DNA from: Podarcis cretensis | Taxonomy: Eukaryota | Length of the DNA stretch: 64,000 bases | Assembly: GCA_951804945.1 (NCBI GenBank) | Contig: OX638165.1 | Span: 27,528,001 to 27,592,000 of the forward strand | Direction of reading: 5' to 3' | In this document: positions 36,671 through 47,185 of the stretch, in pieces | How the letters are laid out: each line of letters opens with the position of its first letter | Position numbering within the stretch: the first letter of the stretch is position 1 | The notes under the pieces: model-generated | Database searches by the model: none | The model's input: only the letters and a program-made list of their open reading frames with translations | Told to the model about the DNA's origin: nothing | Program-made: the position numbers and the translations under genes

Positions 36671-37011
36671 TATACCTGAAGGAGTGTCTCCACCCCCATT
36701 GTTCAGCCCAGATACTGAGATCCAGCGCCGAGGGCCTTCTGGCGGTTCCCTCATTGCGAGAAGTGAGGTTACAGGGAACCAGACAGGGGGCCTTCTCAGT
36801 AGTGGTGCCCGCTCTGTGGAACGCCCTCCCTTCAGATGTGAAGGAAATAAGCAGCTATCTTATCTTTAAAAGACATCTGAAGGCAGCCCTGTTTAGGGAA
36901 GTTTTTAATATTTAATGCTGTATTGTTTTTAACACTGGATTGGAAGCTGCCCAGAGTGGCTGAGGAAACTCAGCCAGATGGGCGGGAAATTAAATAAATA
37001 AATAAATAAAT
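36671..37011 (+). mobile_element. L2 3' fragment related to the 3742-5474 element, nested in a hAT MITE (~36657-37199)
   Basis: YLKECLHPHCSAQILRSSAEGLL..LKAALFREVFNI aligns with the C-terminus of the intact ORF; (TAAA)n tail; host ends gtgtccaaac and ctttggacatgcctg. Confidence 0.88.
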
Positions 37012-39100
37012 ATTTTTTCAAAGAGGGCCAGATTTGATGAAGTAAAGGGCCAAGCAAAGTTGTTGAGGTTTTTTTTAGGATTGAAGTTGTTGAGGTTTTT
37101 TTTAAGGATTTTACCCCAGGAAATAAACTGCCACAGGGGCCAGATTAAACCGACCAGCGGGCTGGATTAGGCCCCTGAAACGGACTTTGGACATGCCTGT
37201 CCTACAGCAATCCTCTTGAAATCCTCTAGCACAGTGGATTTCAACTAGTGTGCCATGGCACCCTGGGATGCCTTGAAGGATAGTCGGGTGCCTCTTTCCT
37301 TCCCTCCCTCTTCTGATGCCCTCTCATGTCTCTGCCTCCCAAAGGCTTACATGGCTGTTAGTTGCAGCAGCCCTGGCTACAAGCTCACAAATGGTGCCTC
37401 TGCGGTGGCCAGGGGGTGCTGGTTGGCAAGAGCTGAGGTGGCCTCAGAATAAGCAAGCAAGCAAGCACTCCAGGGAGCCCAGCCAGCTAGTCCACTAGCC
37501 CTTGCTGTTGGGAATGGACAGACAAGTGGGAGGCCAGGCAGGCAGGTGTTGCACTGGCCTTTTTTGTGCTTGCTGTGTGCAAGGCCTGCCTGGGAGCTGA
37601 GTGCCCGGTGCTGAAGTGCCCATACAGGCCCAACAGCTACCGCTGCTGTCTCTCAAGGTAAGGTGCTGGCCTCACATTCACCTTTGGCCAGTCTCCGTTG
37701 GGCCACTAAGGCTGGGGGCATTCTCTTCCCAGGCCCTTGTGGGGCAGTGGGCAGCAGCGTTTGGAGTTCAGAGTCCAGGGGCGGCAACAGTGGCTACCTG
37801 GAGGACGGAACACCACAAGGGTGAAAAGGGGTGAGAGGCAAGGGGTGACATAGCTGGGCTCCTGAGCCCCACAGGGGTGCCGCAGAAATAATGCAATTGG
37901 TCAAGGGAACAGTGGACTCCAAAGGGTTGAAAACCTCTACTCTAGCAGGAAACTTCGGCCCAGAAGAGGAGTGAACTAATGGGTAAGAACATAAGAAGAG
38001 CCCTGATGAATCAGATGCCTGTAGGAAAGCAGCCACACAGATGCCTGTAGGAAACCAGCAAACAGTATTCAGAAGCACCGTTGCCTACGACTTTGGAGAC
38101 GGAGCATAGCCCTCTCCTCCATGACTTTGTCCAATCCCCTTTTTAAAAAGCCATTTAGGTTGGTGGCCATCACAAACAAGAATTCTTTCAAAGCGTTAAT
38201 TCTATCACTCTGTTTTGGAACACATTTTAAAAAGAAAAGCTTGGCTAGCTTTTCAGATACCTGTTAAGTGAATAACTTTCTATGGAAATGCCTGAAATAA
38301 CTGATATTATAGTTTGAAGTCTTGTTTATTCTGTTATATTTTACTCCAAGAAGACCAATTTATTCTAAACAGAACCCAATAAGGCAGACATGTATGTACA
38401 AAATATTTTTTTGTACTGTGATCCCATTGAGATCCCAATATGAAATTTTGCAAGTAGCTCTTAGAAATATTAAATAATCAATACATTTTGGGGGGAAATT
38501 TAAATTGTATTTTTAAAATCACTTTTTAAAATTTAACTTAAAAATTTAAAGGAAGCCCATCATGTGACATATATTAAAGCCCATAAAGTCCTGAAGAGAT
38601 TGGTATTTTTAGTTTTGAAGTATCTCAATTCTGGGCTGAGCTTTTATGGTTTTTGTGCAAGGCCAAAATTGTCAATTTTTTGAAATTTGAAACCCACATA
38701 ACTCAATAAATGGGATGAGTTAAAAAAATAAAATTTTAAATTTAAACTCATTTTTGATCATTCAACAAGTGTAGAAAATATTAAGAAAATTTGAGGCACA
38801 AAGTAAAAAAATTGAATCACCTGCTTTGGAATGACCCCAAAATATTTTTTGCTATTTAGTTATTATAAGCTGCTTTGAACAAACATCTGCTGGCGTCATT
38901 ACATTTGTGATATTGTTGGTGCCCAGTATATTGAATATTAGATAAGACTGAATGGCCCTGATATTGTTCACTTTCAGCAAATAATTACCACAGAAATAAA
39001 AAATCTAGGCGTCCCCATTTAAGAGACTTCAGCACACAAGTGGAGACCCCTGAGCAAATTAAACTGCTGAAAAACAAGAATCCTAAAGAACTGAACTCAC

Positions 39101-39250
39101 CTCCAACATATAGGGTGTTAAAAGAACAGGGATAACACTGATTCTTGTTCTCCAAGTGATTGATGAAGGGAAGAGATGAACCAAGTAGCCGATAAAAGTC
39201 CTTCCGGCAACACAACAGAACAACTCCTGTGTAAGCGTTGAGGTACTTTA
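39101..39250 (-). CDS. POP5: POP5 exon 3
   Basis: VKYLNAYTGVVLLCCRKDFYRLLGSSLPFI..CSFNTLYVG. Confidence 0.96.
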
Positions 39251-40208
39251 CTGGAACAACACAGAGAAGAGACCCTTCAAAGTTTAGCACAGGCTTTCAA
39301 CAGGACAGGAGCAAAATGTAATTGTAACCCCACCCCAAAAAGAAACCCAGGTTTCCTTAGCTGCTTTTAGCAGCAAGTTGGAAAATACGATGGCAAAGAT
39401 ATTGAAGCAGCCTATCTGTGCAGGGACTAATCATACTTAAATCCCAGTCTCAGACATGAAACTCAGTGACTTGTTTAAAGCCACCCAATATCTATAGGCA
39501 GCCCAACAACCCAGCTTGTGAGAATAAAATAAACCTCAAACACCTAACTTTTGGCACTTACAAAGAATGAAGTCATAGGAAAAACTGCTTTTTGATTGTC
39601 TCAGAGGAATTTTTTTTTAATGTTCACCAAACTTAAATCTCAAGAGCAAGTGTGATGTTGAAGTGCAGCTGATATTTTCAACTTGTGTAGTAGCTTGTTC
39701 AGCTTCAGAGTAGTTTCTGCTCAGGGATAGTCTGCCTCTACCTCATCCATGCCTACCTGACAAATTACAACAGTTATCAGGCCCTCCCTATACAGATTTT
39801 CTACAAAGAGCCCCCTGATTTTTTGCAATTCATATCTTAAGACTGCTATACAAAATCATGGAGCCAAGTTAGCACTTAAGACACCAACACACCTCTGATA
39901 CCAGGTATGCATAAACTGAGTCCCAAAACACTAACTATATCCTGAATCTGCAGCCTTCCTGGGACTCCAGAAACAGGAGAATTGCCAGGTATTTGGGGGA
40001 CCATAATATGCGGCTGGTGTGCTAGCAGGTCTGAAATTACTAGAATGGTCAATAGTTCTCCATGTTAGAATAAAAATTTGTGTATCTTCCAAAGCACAGG
40101 ACAGACAGAGAGCTAAAGGGAGATTGTAGAGGAACCCAAACTGCACAGATTTCCTTAAAGAGGGGAGGCTGGCCCATTGGGTTGCAAAGAAAGCTCCAGA
40201 AGCCAGAC

Positions 40209-40351
40209 CTGAAAAAGCGATGGAGCAGCAGGCTAATCCAAAGTCTCCGTGAATTCGTGCAACAGCATTTTTCACTGCGTTGTGCACCGTGCGCTCCTCG
40301 ATAAGCTGCAAACAATGCGGGTCCTCGGAGATGATCTCGCAAACGAAGTAT
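40209..40351 (-). CDS. POP5: POP5 exon 2
   Basis: YFVCEIISEDPHC..AVARIHGDFGLACCSIAFS. Confidence 0.95.
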
Positions 40352-40530
40352 CTGCAGAGACGGAGAGAAATGGGCATTGTGGCAGGGCAAAAGGTGATGA
40401 GGTGGCTGAGCTACAAAGGGCCCATGAAGCATTCACTCTGTCAGGCTGCTTTCCCAGCTATCACCTGCAGCAGCCATTCCAGTCAGGCTTACAGGAGAGG
40501 AAGAGATGGGGATTAAGGGCATCTCAATTA

Positions 40531-40751
40531 CAGTGGTACCTCAGGTTAAGTACTTAATTCGTTTCGGAGGTCCGTTCTTAACCTGAAACTGTTCTTAACC
40601 TGAAGCACCATTTTAGCTAATGGAGCCTCCTGCTGCTGCCGCCGGAGCACGATTTCTGTTCTCAGCCTGAAGCAAAGTTCTTAACCCGAGGTACTATTTC
40701 TGGGTAAGCGGAGTCTGTAACCTGAAGTGTATGTAACCCGAGGTACCATTG
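40531..40751. mobile_element. Tc1/mariner (Tigger-like) MITE
   Basis: TIRs CAGTGGTACCTCAGGTTA / TAACCCGAGGTACCATTG flanked by TA. Confidence 0.85.
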
Positions 40752-40911
40752 TAGTTCTGCTAAAACACCAGCAACCTTGGGGGATCCTTCTCCTTAAAAT
40801 CAATTCATTCCAGCTGGTCATTGCTGGAATTCTGGAACCACGAAAATGTGACTGGGCTTGTGTTCCCTTTTCCTCCTCCCCATCCCTTTTCCCCTCCGTG
40901 CCTGTAATGTT

Positions 40912-41319
40912 TATTACAGGACCACCTCTCCTGGTATGTCCCACGGAGGACCTTACGGTCTTCAAACAAAAACATCCTGGAGGTCCCAGGCCACAGAGAG
41001 GTTAGGCTGGCCTCAACCAGAGCCAGGGCTTTTTCGGCTGTGGCTCCGATCTGCTGGAACGCTCTGTAGCAAGAGACTAGGGCCCTGCGGGGCTTGACAT
41101 CTTTCCGCAGGGCCTGCAAGACAGAGCTGTTCCACCAAGCCTTTGGCCAAGGCACAGCCTGACCCCCTCCTTTGGCAATTCTTCACAGAACTCTAGCCCA
41201 ATGGTTGCCATTAATCTGATCTGAACTGACTTAATAATGAAATAATTTTAGAATGTTGTATCATTTTACTGTTGTTAACCGCTCTGAGCCCGGCTTCGGC
41301 TGGGGAGGGCGGGAAATAA

Positions 41320-41368
<49 letters not shown>
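40912..41368 (+). mobile_element. L2 3' fragment of a second family with a long (TTA)n tail
   Basis: ..ASTRARAFSAVAPICWNAL..FRRACKTELFHQAF; 3' hairpin at 41280-41311; (TTA)n at 41321-41368. Confidence 0.82.
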
Positions 41369-41552
41369 GGACGGACATTTGTAAACCACTTTGGGAGGCC
41401 TTTTTAGGCGAAGATTTTTTTTTTTAAAGCAGGCTTCAAATAACTAATAAAGCAGGCAAGGCAGGGAGCAGCTAACCACAGAAGTGAATCGACCATTAGC
41501 CACCTCAGAAAAGCGATAAGAGTTTTTTAAAAAGGAAAGAAAAGAGCCTCAC

Positions 41553-41572
41553 CTGTTCTTAAACCTCACCAT
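41553..41572 (-). CDS. POP5: POP5 exon 1
   Basis: ATG GTG AGG TTT AAG AAC AG|gtgag = MVRFKNR, the canonical Pop5 N-terminus. Confidence 0.95.
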
Positions 41573-41574
41573 CT

Positions 41575-42135
41575 CTACAGCGAAAACTTCTGGCGACAGT
41601 GGACTTCCGGCGACAGTGAGGCCATAGAGTGGCAAAAGGCCCGAACTTCCGGCACCAGTTGAGAGCCCCCATTGGCTATGTATGGGCTTCCTAGGTGGCT
41701 TCGCTCTAGCCCTTGCAATCTCTATGGCGGAAGCCCTTAATACCACAGAGATAGGAAAAGGAAGAGTGACAATATCGTTAGGCGAATCCTGGAGCTTCTT
41801 CGTTGGTTTCTCTCAGCAGTTAAACTCTGTATCAACCGCCCGATACAAGGGGAGCTTCTGTTCATATCAGCCAATAATAGTTCAGAAGAGGCGGGCTTAA
41901 TAGGGAAGGGAAAAATCACATTCCCATTGGTGACGCCTCCCCCTCCCCGCACTATTAGAGTACTAACCGTTATTACCTTTCAAAGTTCCCTCCTCGGAGT
42001 TCAGCCGTCAGCCGACCAATCAGCGCTCATGCACTCCCTCTTTCGCCACGGAGGAGTTTGTTAACTTTTTCGCCGCTTGGTGGCGTGCGAGCGCTTTGCT
42101 CGGCTTTTTCCCGCCTAAAGTGCAGAGCGCTGAGG
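41575..42135 (-). promoter_or_regulatory. POP5 promoter / small CpG island
   Basis: Two ETS/GABP acttccgg sites (~41603, ~41645), four CCAAT boxes (~41672, 41871, 41926, 42016), GC box ~41888. Confidence 0.75.
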
Positions 42136-42602
42136 TGGGCAAAACCGTTTCTTGTTTCTCACCTCATGAAATACAGAACTCGTGTACGGGTCACATAAAA
42201 TAAACAGAATTTTACCTTTTAAAAAATAAGGGTGGAGGGGGAGAAGACAGGCCACGAGTATAGTGTTTCACACAAAAATTAATATATATTTCAATTTAGC
42301 AGAATTCTATATACAGTACCATTTTTTTAAAAAAAAAACAACCACCTCACCGGTTAACAAAAAGAATAAAAAAAATTAGTTTAAAAACAACTATGTCAAG
42401 CCTTCGACAAATAATTAAAATAAATAATAAGCTAATACTGGGACTAAAATAACTATTGTAAAAAAAGAAAAAGTTAAAATTGACAGTAAGCTAAAAACCA
42501 CATGAAAACATGACAACGTCTCTGGATAGGTTTTGTGTAAACAGAAATGTCTTTAGCAGGCACAGAAAAGAGTACAGTGAAGGTCCGTGCCTGATGTCAG
42601 TA

Positions 42603-42960
42603 AAGGTAAAGGTACCCCTGCCCGTACGGGCCAGTCTTGACAGACTCTGGGGTTGTGCGCCCATCTCACTCAAGAGGCCAGGGGCCAGCGCTGTCCGGAG
42701 ACACTTCCGGGTCACGTGGCCAGCGTGACATCGCTGCTCTGGCGAGCCAGAGCCGCACACGGAAACGCCGTTTACCTTCCCGCTGGTAAGCGGTCCCTAT
42801 TTATCTACTTGCACCCGGAGGTGCTTTCGAACTGCTAGGTTGGCAGGCGCTGGGACCGAATGGCGGGAGCGCACCCCGCCGCAGGGATTCGAACCGCCGA
42901 CCTTTCGATCGGCAAGCCCTAGGCGCTGAGGCTTTAACCCACAGCGCCACCTGCGTCCCC
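42603..42960 (-). mobile_element. Full-length young Sauria-type SINE
   Basis: Near-identical to 10225-10588; perfect 15-bp TSD tgcctgatgtcagta at 42588-42602 and 42961-42975. Confidence 0.92.
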
Positions 42961-43103
42961 TGCCTGATGTCAGTAGGGAGCTCCAAAGTATGGAAGCTGC
43001 TAAACTGAAATATTGATTTATTACAAATGCAGACGGTATTAATCACGTGGGGCCTGTAACAGCACCAGTTCCTCAGACCAAAGCAGTCATATATGGGGGT
43101 AAG

Positions 43104-43267
43104 CAGTGCTTTTTTCTGGGGGGATGCAGAGGTACGCATACCTCTAAACATTTTGTGAATCTTTGTACGTTTGTCCATTTACCACCCCCCAATTTGAACT
43201 ATAAAATGGTGATTTTACTGAGTCAAAATGAGCGTACCCCTAAACTTTTTTTAGAAAAAAAGCACTA
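43104..43267. mobile_element. hAT MITE
   Basis: TIRs CAGTGCTTTTTT / AAAAAAGCACTA; 8-bp TSD ggggtaag/ggcgtaag (7 of 8 match). Confidence 0.8.
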
Positions 43268-43409
43268 GGCGTAAGGCAATCCGGCAGGTCAACGTCATGT
43301 GAAACATACACATATACACAGAGACATGTACGTGTAGATATTTGACATGGTGCTTTTCTATTGTTCAAAGAACTGCAGATAATGTCTTGTTCTTTTGAAG
43401 GGAGCTTTG

Positions 43410-43673
43410 TGTTAAGTTGTGGGTGAACATATCAGACGACACAGCGATTCTTCTAACAGCTTTTGTTTATTCACAGGCCAGAACGGAACTGAACTGAAGG
43501 GTTCAGTCAGCCTGCTTATATAGGGCTCCAGTACAACGTAACTGTAACAACTTTCTGAAACTATCCAATCACCGAACGTCACTTTCAATCCCTTATTTGC
43601 ATATGTGGACCTGAGTGAAAACTATCTACAGTATCCCCCTGCTGGCCCAGGGTGAGAACTTCAGTACATAACA
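43410..43673 (-). mobile_element. Solo LTR (264 bp)
   Basis: TGTTA..TAACA termini, perfect 5-bp TSD ctttg (43405-43409, 43674-43678); minus-strand order octamer, CCAAT, TATA, AATAAA. Confidence 0.85.
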
Positions 43674-44501
43674 CTTTGATTGCAACAGTGACCACTGAAG
43701 CTGTGGACCAAGGAAGGAGGTAAGAGAGCCCACATATTGCTTCACTCACTTTTTGCCTCTGGCTCCACACACTACTGTCATGCTGGAAAGGTGTCCCCGG
43801 CTTTGGTGAGAAGGAAGGGAGTGGAAAATGGCGCTGGAATGTCAAGTCGCTGGGAATCACATGGGGAGAGTTCTGCAGCACCCATGTCCTGCTCATAGGC
43901 TTCCCTTTGAGGCAGTTATTCTGCCACTGAGAGGATGCTGGGCTAGATCAGTCTGCTTTGGCCTGAATCAGCCACTGGGCTCTTTTTATGCTCTTAATGC
44001 TTGGCTATTTTTTCCTCTACATCCATAAACTTACCATTTGAGGATCCCACCTCATGCACCTGACAAACTGGACTCTGGTGGATCAAAATGAGTCTTTTGA
44101 CTCCTGCTTCGCCCCCCTGGAACGACTTTGTTTTGGGGGTGCCTTTTCAATATTTTCCAAATGCAGATTCTCAAGTCACTGTTCTTCATCTTTCATCCTG
44201 CTTCTCTAAGTCACTGGAAGTTAAAACACAGCACAGGGTGGCAAAATTTATCTTGCATTATCTGTAACAGCAGGCACATTTGCAGTAAGGAACCCCTGTA
44301 TCATCTGTAAATTCATATGCTGTAGCATTGGTGGTGATAACCTATCAAATACCAATTCTGATTCCCCCCTGCTCTCCAAATTGATCTCAAGCAACAGGGA
44401 TTAATGTCTACTCAAGCATGGCTCTGCTGGCTGGGGCTGATGGGAATTGTAGTCTAAAACATTTCATGGACTGCAAATTGAGGAAGGCTAACCTATTAGA
44501 T

Positions 44502-44633
44502 GCTAGCGTGGCTCAGTTGGTAGAACACGAGACTCTTAATCTCAGGGTTGTGGGTTTGAGCCCCATGTTGCATTGCAGGGGGTTGGACTAGATGACCCTG
44601 GGGGTCCCTTCCAACTCTACAATTCCATGATTA
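44502..44633 (+). mobile_element. SINE with tRNA-Lys(CTT) head and CR1-like tail
   Basis: gctcagttggtagaacacgagactcttaatctcagggttgtgggtttgagccccatgttg followed by cattgcagggggttggactagatgacc..cccttccaactctacaattccatgatt. Confidence 0.8.
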
Positions 44634-46989
44634 CTTCAAATAATGCATCTCCCTCTAATCCAGTGCTTCCCATGGTGGGTGGTACCAACTTCTGGAAGGC
44701 TGTGGGATTATTTAGGGTGGCTCTAAGAGCCAAGGAGGCAGCAGTGGGATGCTGGAGGTGTAAATGGCTAACAGGCTTTGAAAACCCGATATCATTGGAT
44801 CAAGTTCATGAGTTTTGTTGGATTGATTCAACTAAATAGTTTTAACTGACTTTTATATAAATGTGAAATTAATTGTTACAGCTTTGAATTGTGTTATTTT
44901 CTTCCTTAGTGGGTTGTGTAAAGTGTTAATATGAATGATGCTTTTTATAGGGTATGGGGCACTGGGGCTGAGTTTATGGAACCAAGAGAATGATGGCTTA
45001 AAAAGGATTGGGAACCACTGCTCTAATCCATTGGTCTTCAGATGGTGGGTGGGCCTAACCTAAGAATAGCAATGCTTCTGCCATGAAAACATATATTGGA
45101 AAATGAATAATTGGTTCCCTGAATGCATGCTTGGGCTAAAGGGTGGCTCCTTGGTCTCAAAAGGGTGAGGACTATTGCTCTATTGCTCTATTGCAAGCCA
45201 GGTCACAAATCCAAAATACAGTACTGCAGGCAAAAAAGGGTGGGTTGCTCTTTTCGGTGTTGCTCTATAGTATTCATTAACATAAGGTTTAAACTGGTTT
45301 GATGCTATTTAGTTGTTTCTTATTGTCAGGCAGACTGAGGAGGGCAAACATGTTATATAAATAAATAAAACCCTCTTGCTGTTCATTAAGTGCAATTGCA
45401 TCTCCCTAGTTAACGACTCATTTTTCCTCCTTGTATTCCTCCACAGTCCTCTGGGGCTTTTCAGTTTGAAATGCTCTGCCTTATGTATATAAATGAAGGC
45501 CACCAACACAGCAGTAGGTGCAAGGATTCTTCCTTGTTGCAAACCACAGCCAGCCTGAATTTATTCAAATTCTTAAAAAAATTAACATTTTATCCCCAGT
45601 AAAGCTGAGTATGTGTGTGGTGGCAGCAGGGGGTGGGGGATATTTCCACTCTGAGCCCCTGCTGTTTGCCTGTTGGGTGCTCTGGTGGCCCCCCCATGAT
45701 GTTGTGCAAGATGTTTACGGCATCCTTGAGAAAAGCGGTGACATTATAGGAATGGGATGAGAGTGGCATCCTGTAGCTTCAAATGTTCCCTTTCTGTTCC
45801 CATCTGCCTCATTTGCACTTCAAACCTTGGCCTGCCTGGGCTTGAAGCAGGAAGCGGCAGACAGCCACAAAATTATATCCCCCTGGTTTTCACCCCCACC
45901 CGACTCCTCTGCTGTTGCAGTCCAGCTGGCATAAATGCTCTTGATGAGTTCACAAAGGACCCTATGGAACATTTATCCACCTCCCTGCCCACACTGCCTG
46001 CCTAGTGATGGGGTGGATGTGCCTGTGACAGACAACCCAAATTTCACCCCTGCTCCCCCTGCATGTTCACAAATATACCCCAATTCAATTCTGTTTACTG
46101 TACTTCTCTTTCCAGAAAATTGCTTCAAGCATCACAGAACAGGGAGATCAGATGAAGAAGTGGCAGGTTTCACTCTTCTCTGCTGCACACTCCCTTAGCA
46201 GACTGATATTGCCAACACGGTGCCCATGGGCACTAATGTCCCCACCCATGCCTCTCTATGGTTCCCGCAAAAAGTCTCTGTATACATTCCCTGTAAAATG
46301 CACAAAGGACTATTTGCTACTCCTGTTCAGTGGCCGCCAACACTGCTGGCTATGTACCACCTCCATTGTTGTAGACAGTGTGCTCCAGAATACCAGAAAA
46401 CCACAGGAGGGGGAGGACGCTGCTGCACTCAAGCCTACTTGCCTGAACTATTCATGGCCTTGCACCGCTATGGTTAAATCAGCATGCATCATACCTGAAA
46501 GCCATCTCAAAAGCTAACTCTGTGCCAGCACTGGACGTTTTATTTTGGGGTGGGGTTTTTTTTGTATTTGTATTTGTTTACTGTTGTTATTGCTGCTGCT
46601 GTTATCTCACCTTTCCTGCAAGGAGCTCAAGGTGACACATGGCTCTCCCCATCCCCATTTCATTACAACATGACAGAAGTTTATAAAATCATGCATGGCC
46701 TAGAGAAAGTAGATAGAAATTGATGTAGGTACCATCTTTTGGTGTCCTTCTACCTTTTCTTTCATTCAGATGTGACAGCCATTTAGTGTTAAACCACACC
46801 CCTATGGCAACCATTTTGTGACTGACACCTGTAGCACTTTTTCAGGATTTACTATGTGATCATCCACTGGTTGGTGACACCTAGAGTAGATCCTACATCC
46901 CTATTTAGATGTGAACAGGGCAAAAACATGTCTAAGGGACACATGGTTAGCCTGCCTGGGGTCACTAGCCTTACATGAAGGAAATGCAT

Positions 46990-47185
46990 GGCTGTGTACA
47001 TACCATCCTTTTAAAACACATTTGAATCACATTCTTTCCCTTGAAGAATTATGGGCACTGTAGTTTACCCCTCAAAGAGGTACAGTTCCCAGCAGCAACC
47101 CTTAACAAACTGCAGTGTCTAGAATTCTTGGAAGGAAAGTATGTGCTTCGAATGTGCTTTAAAGGCATAGTGTGTATACAGCCCT
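46990..47185. mobile_element. Palindromic MITE (possibly PIF/Harbinger-like)
   Basis: ggctgtgtacatac.. / ..gtgtgtatacagccc termini with mirrored interior; related copy at ~62733-62900. Confidence 0.55.

Noticed and set aside
38180-38840. AT-rich DNA transposon remnant ending in ggaatgaccc
   Set aside because: Could not find a partner terminal repeat or TSD.
44502-44570. tRNA-Lys(CTT) gene
   Set aside because: Acceptor stem broken, T loop mutated (gtttgag), and it runs straight into a CR1-like tail, so it is a SINE head.
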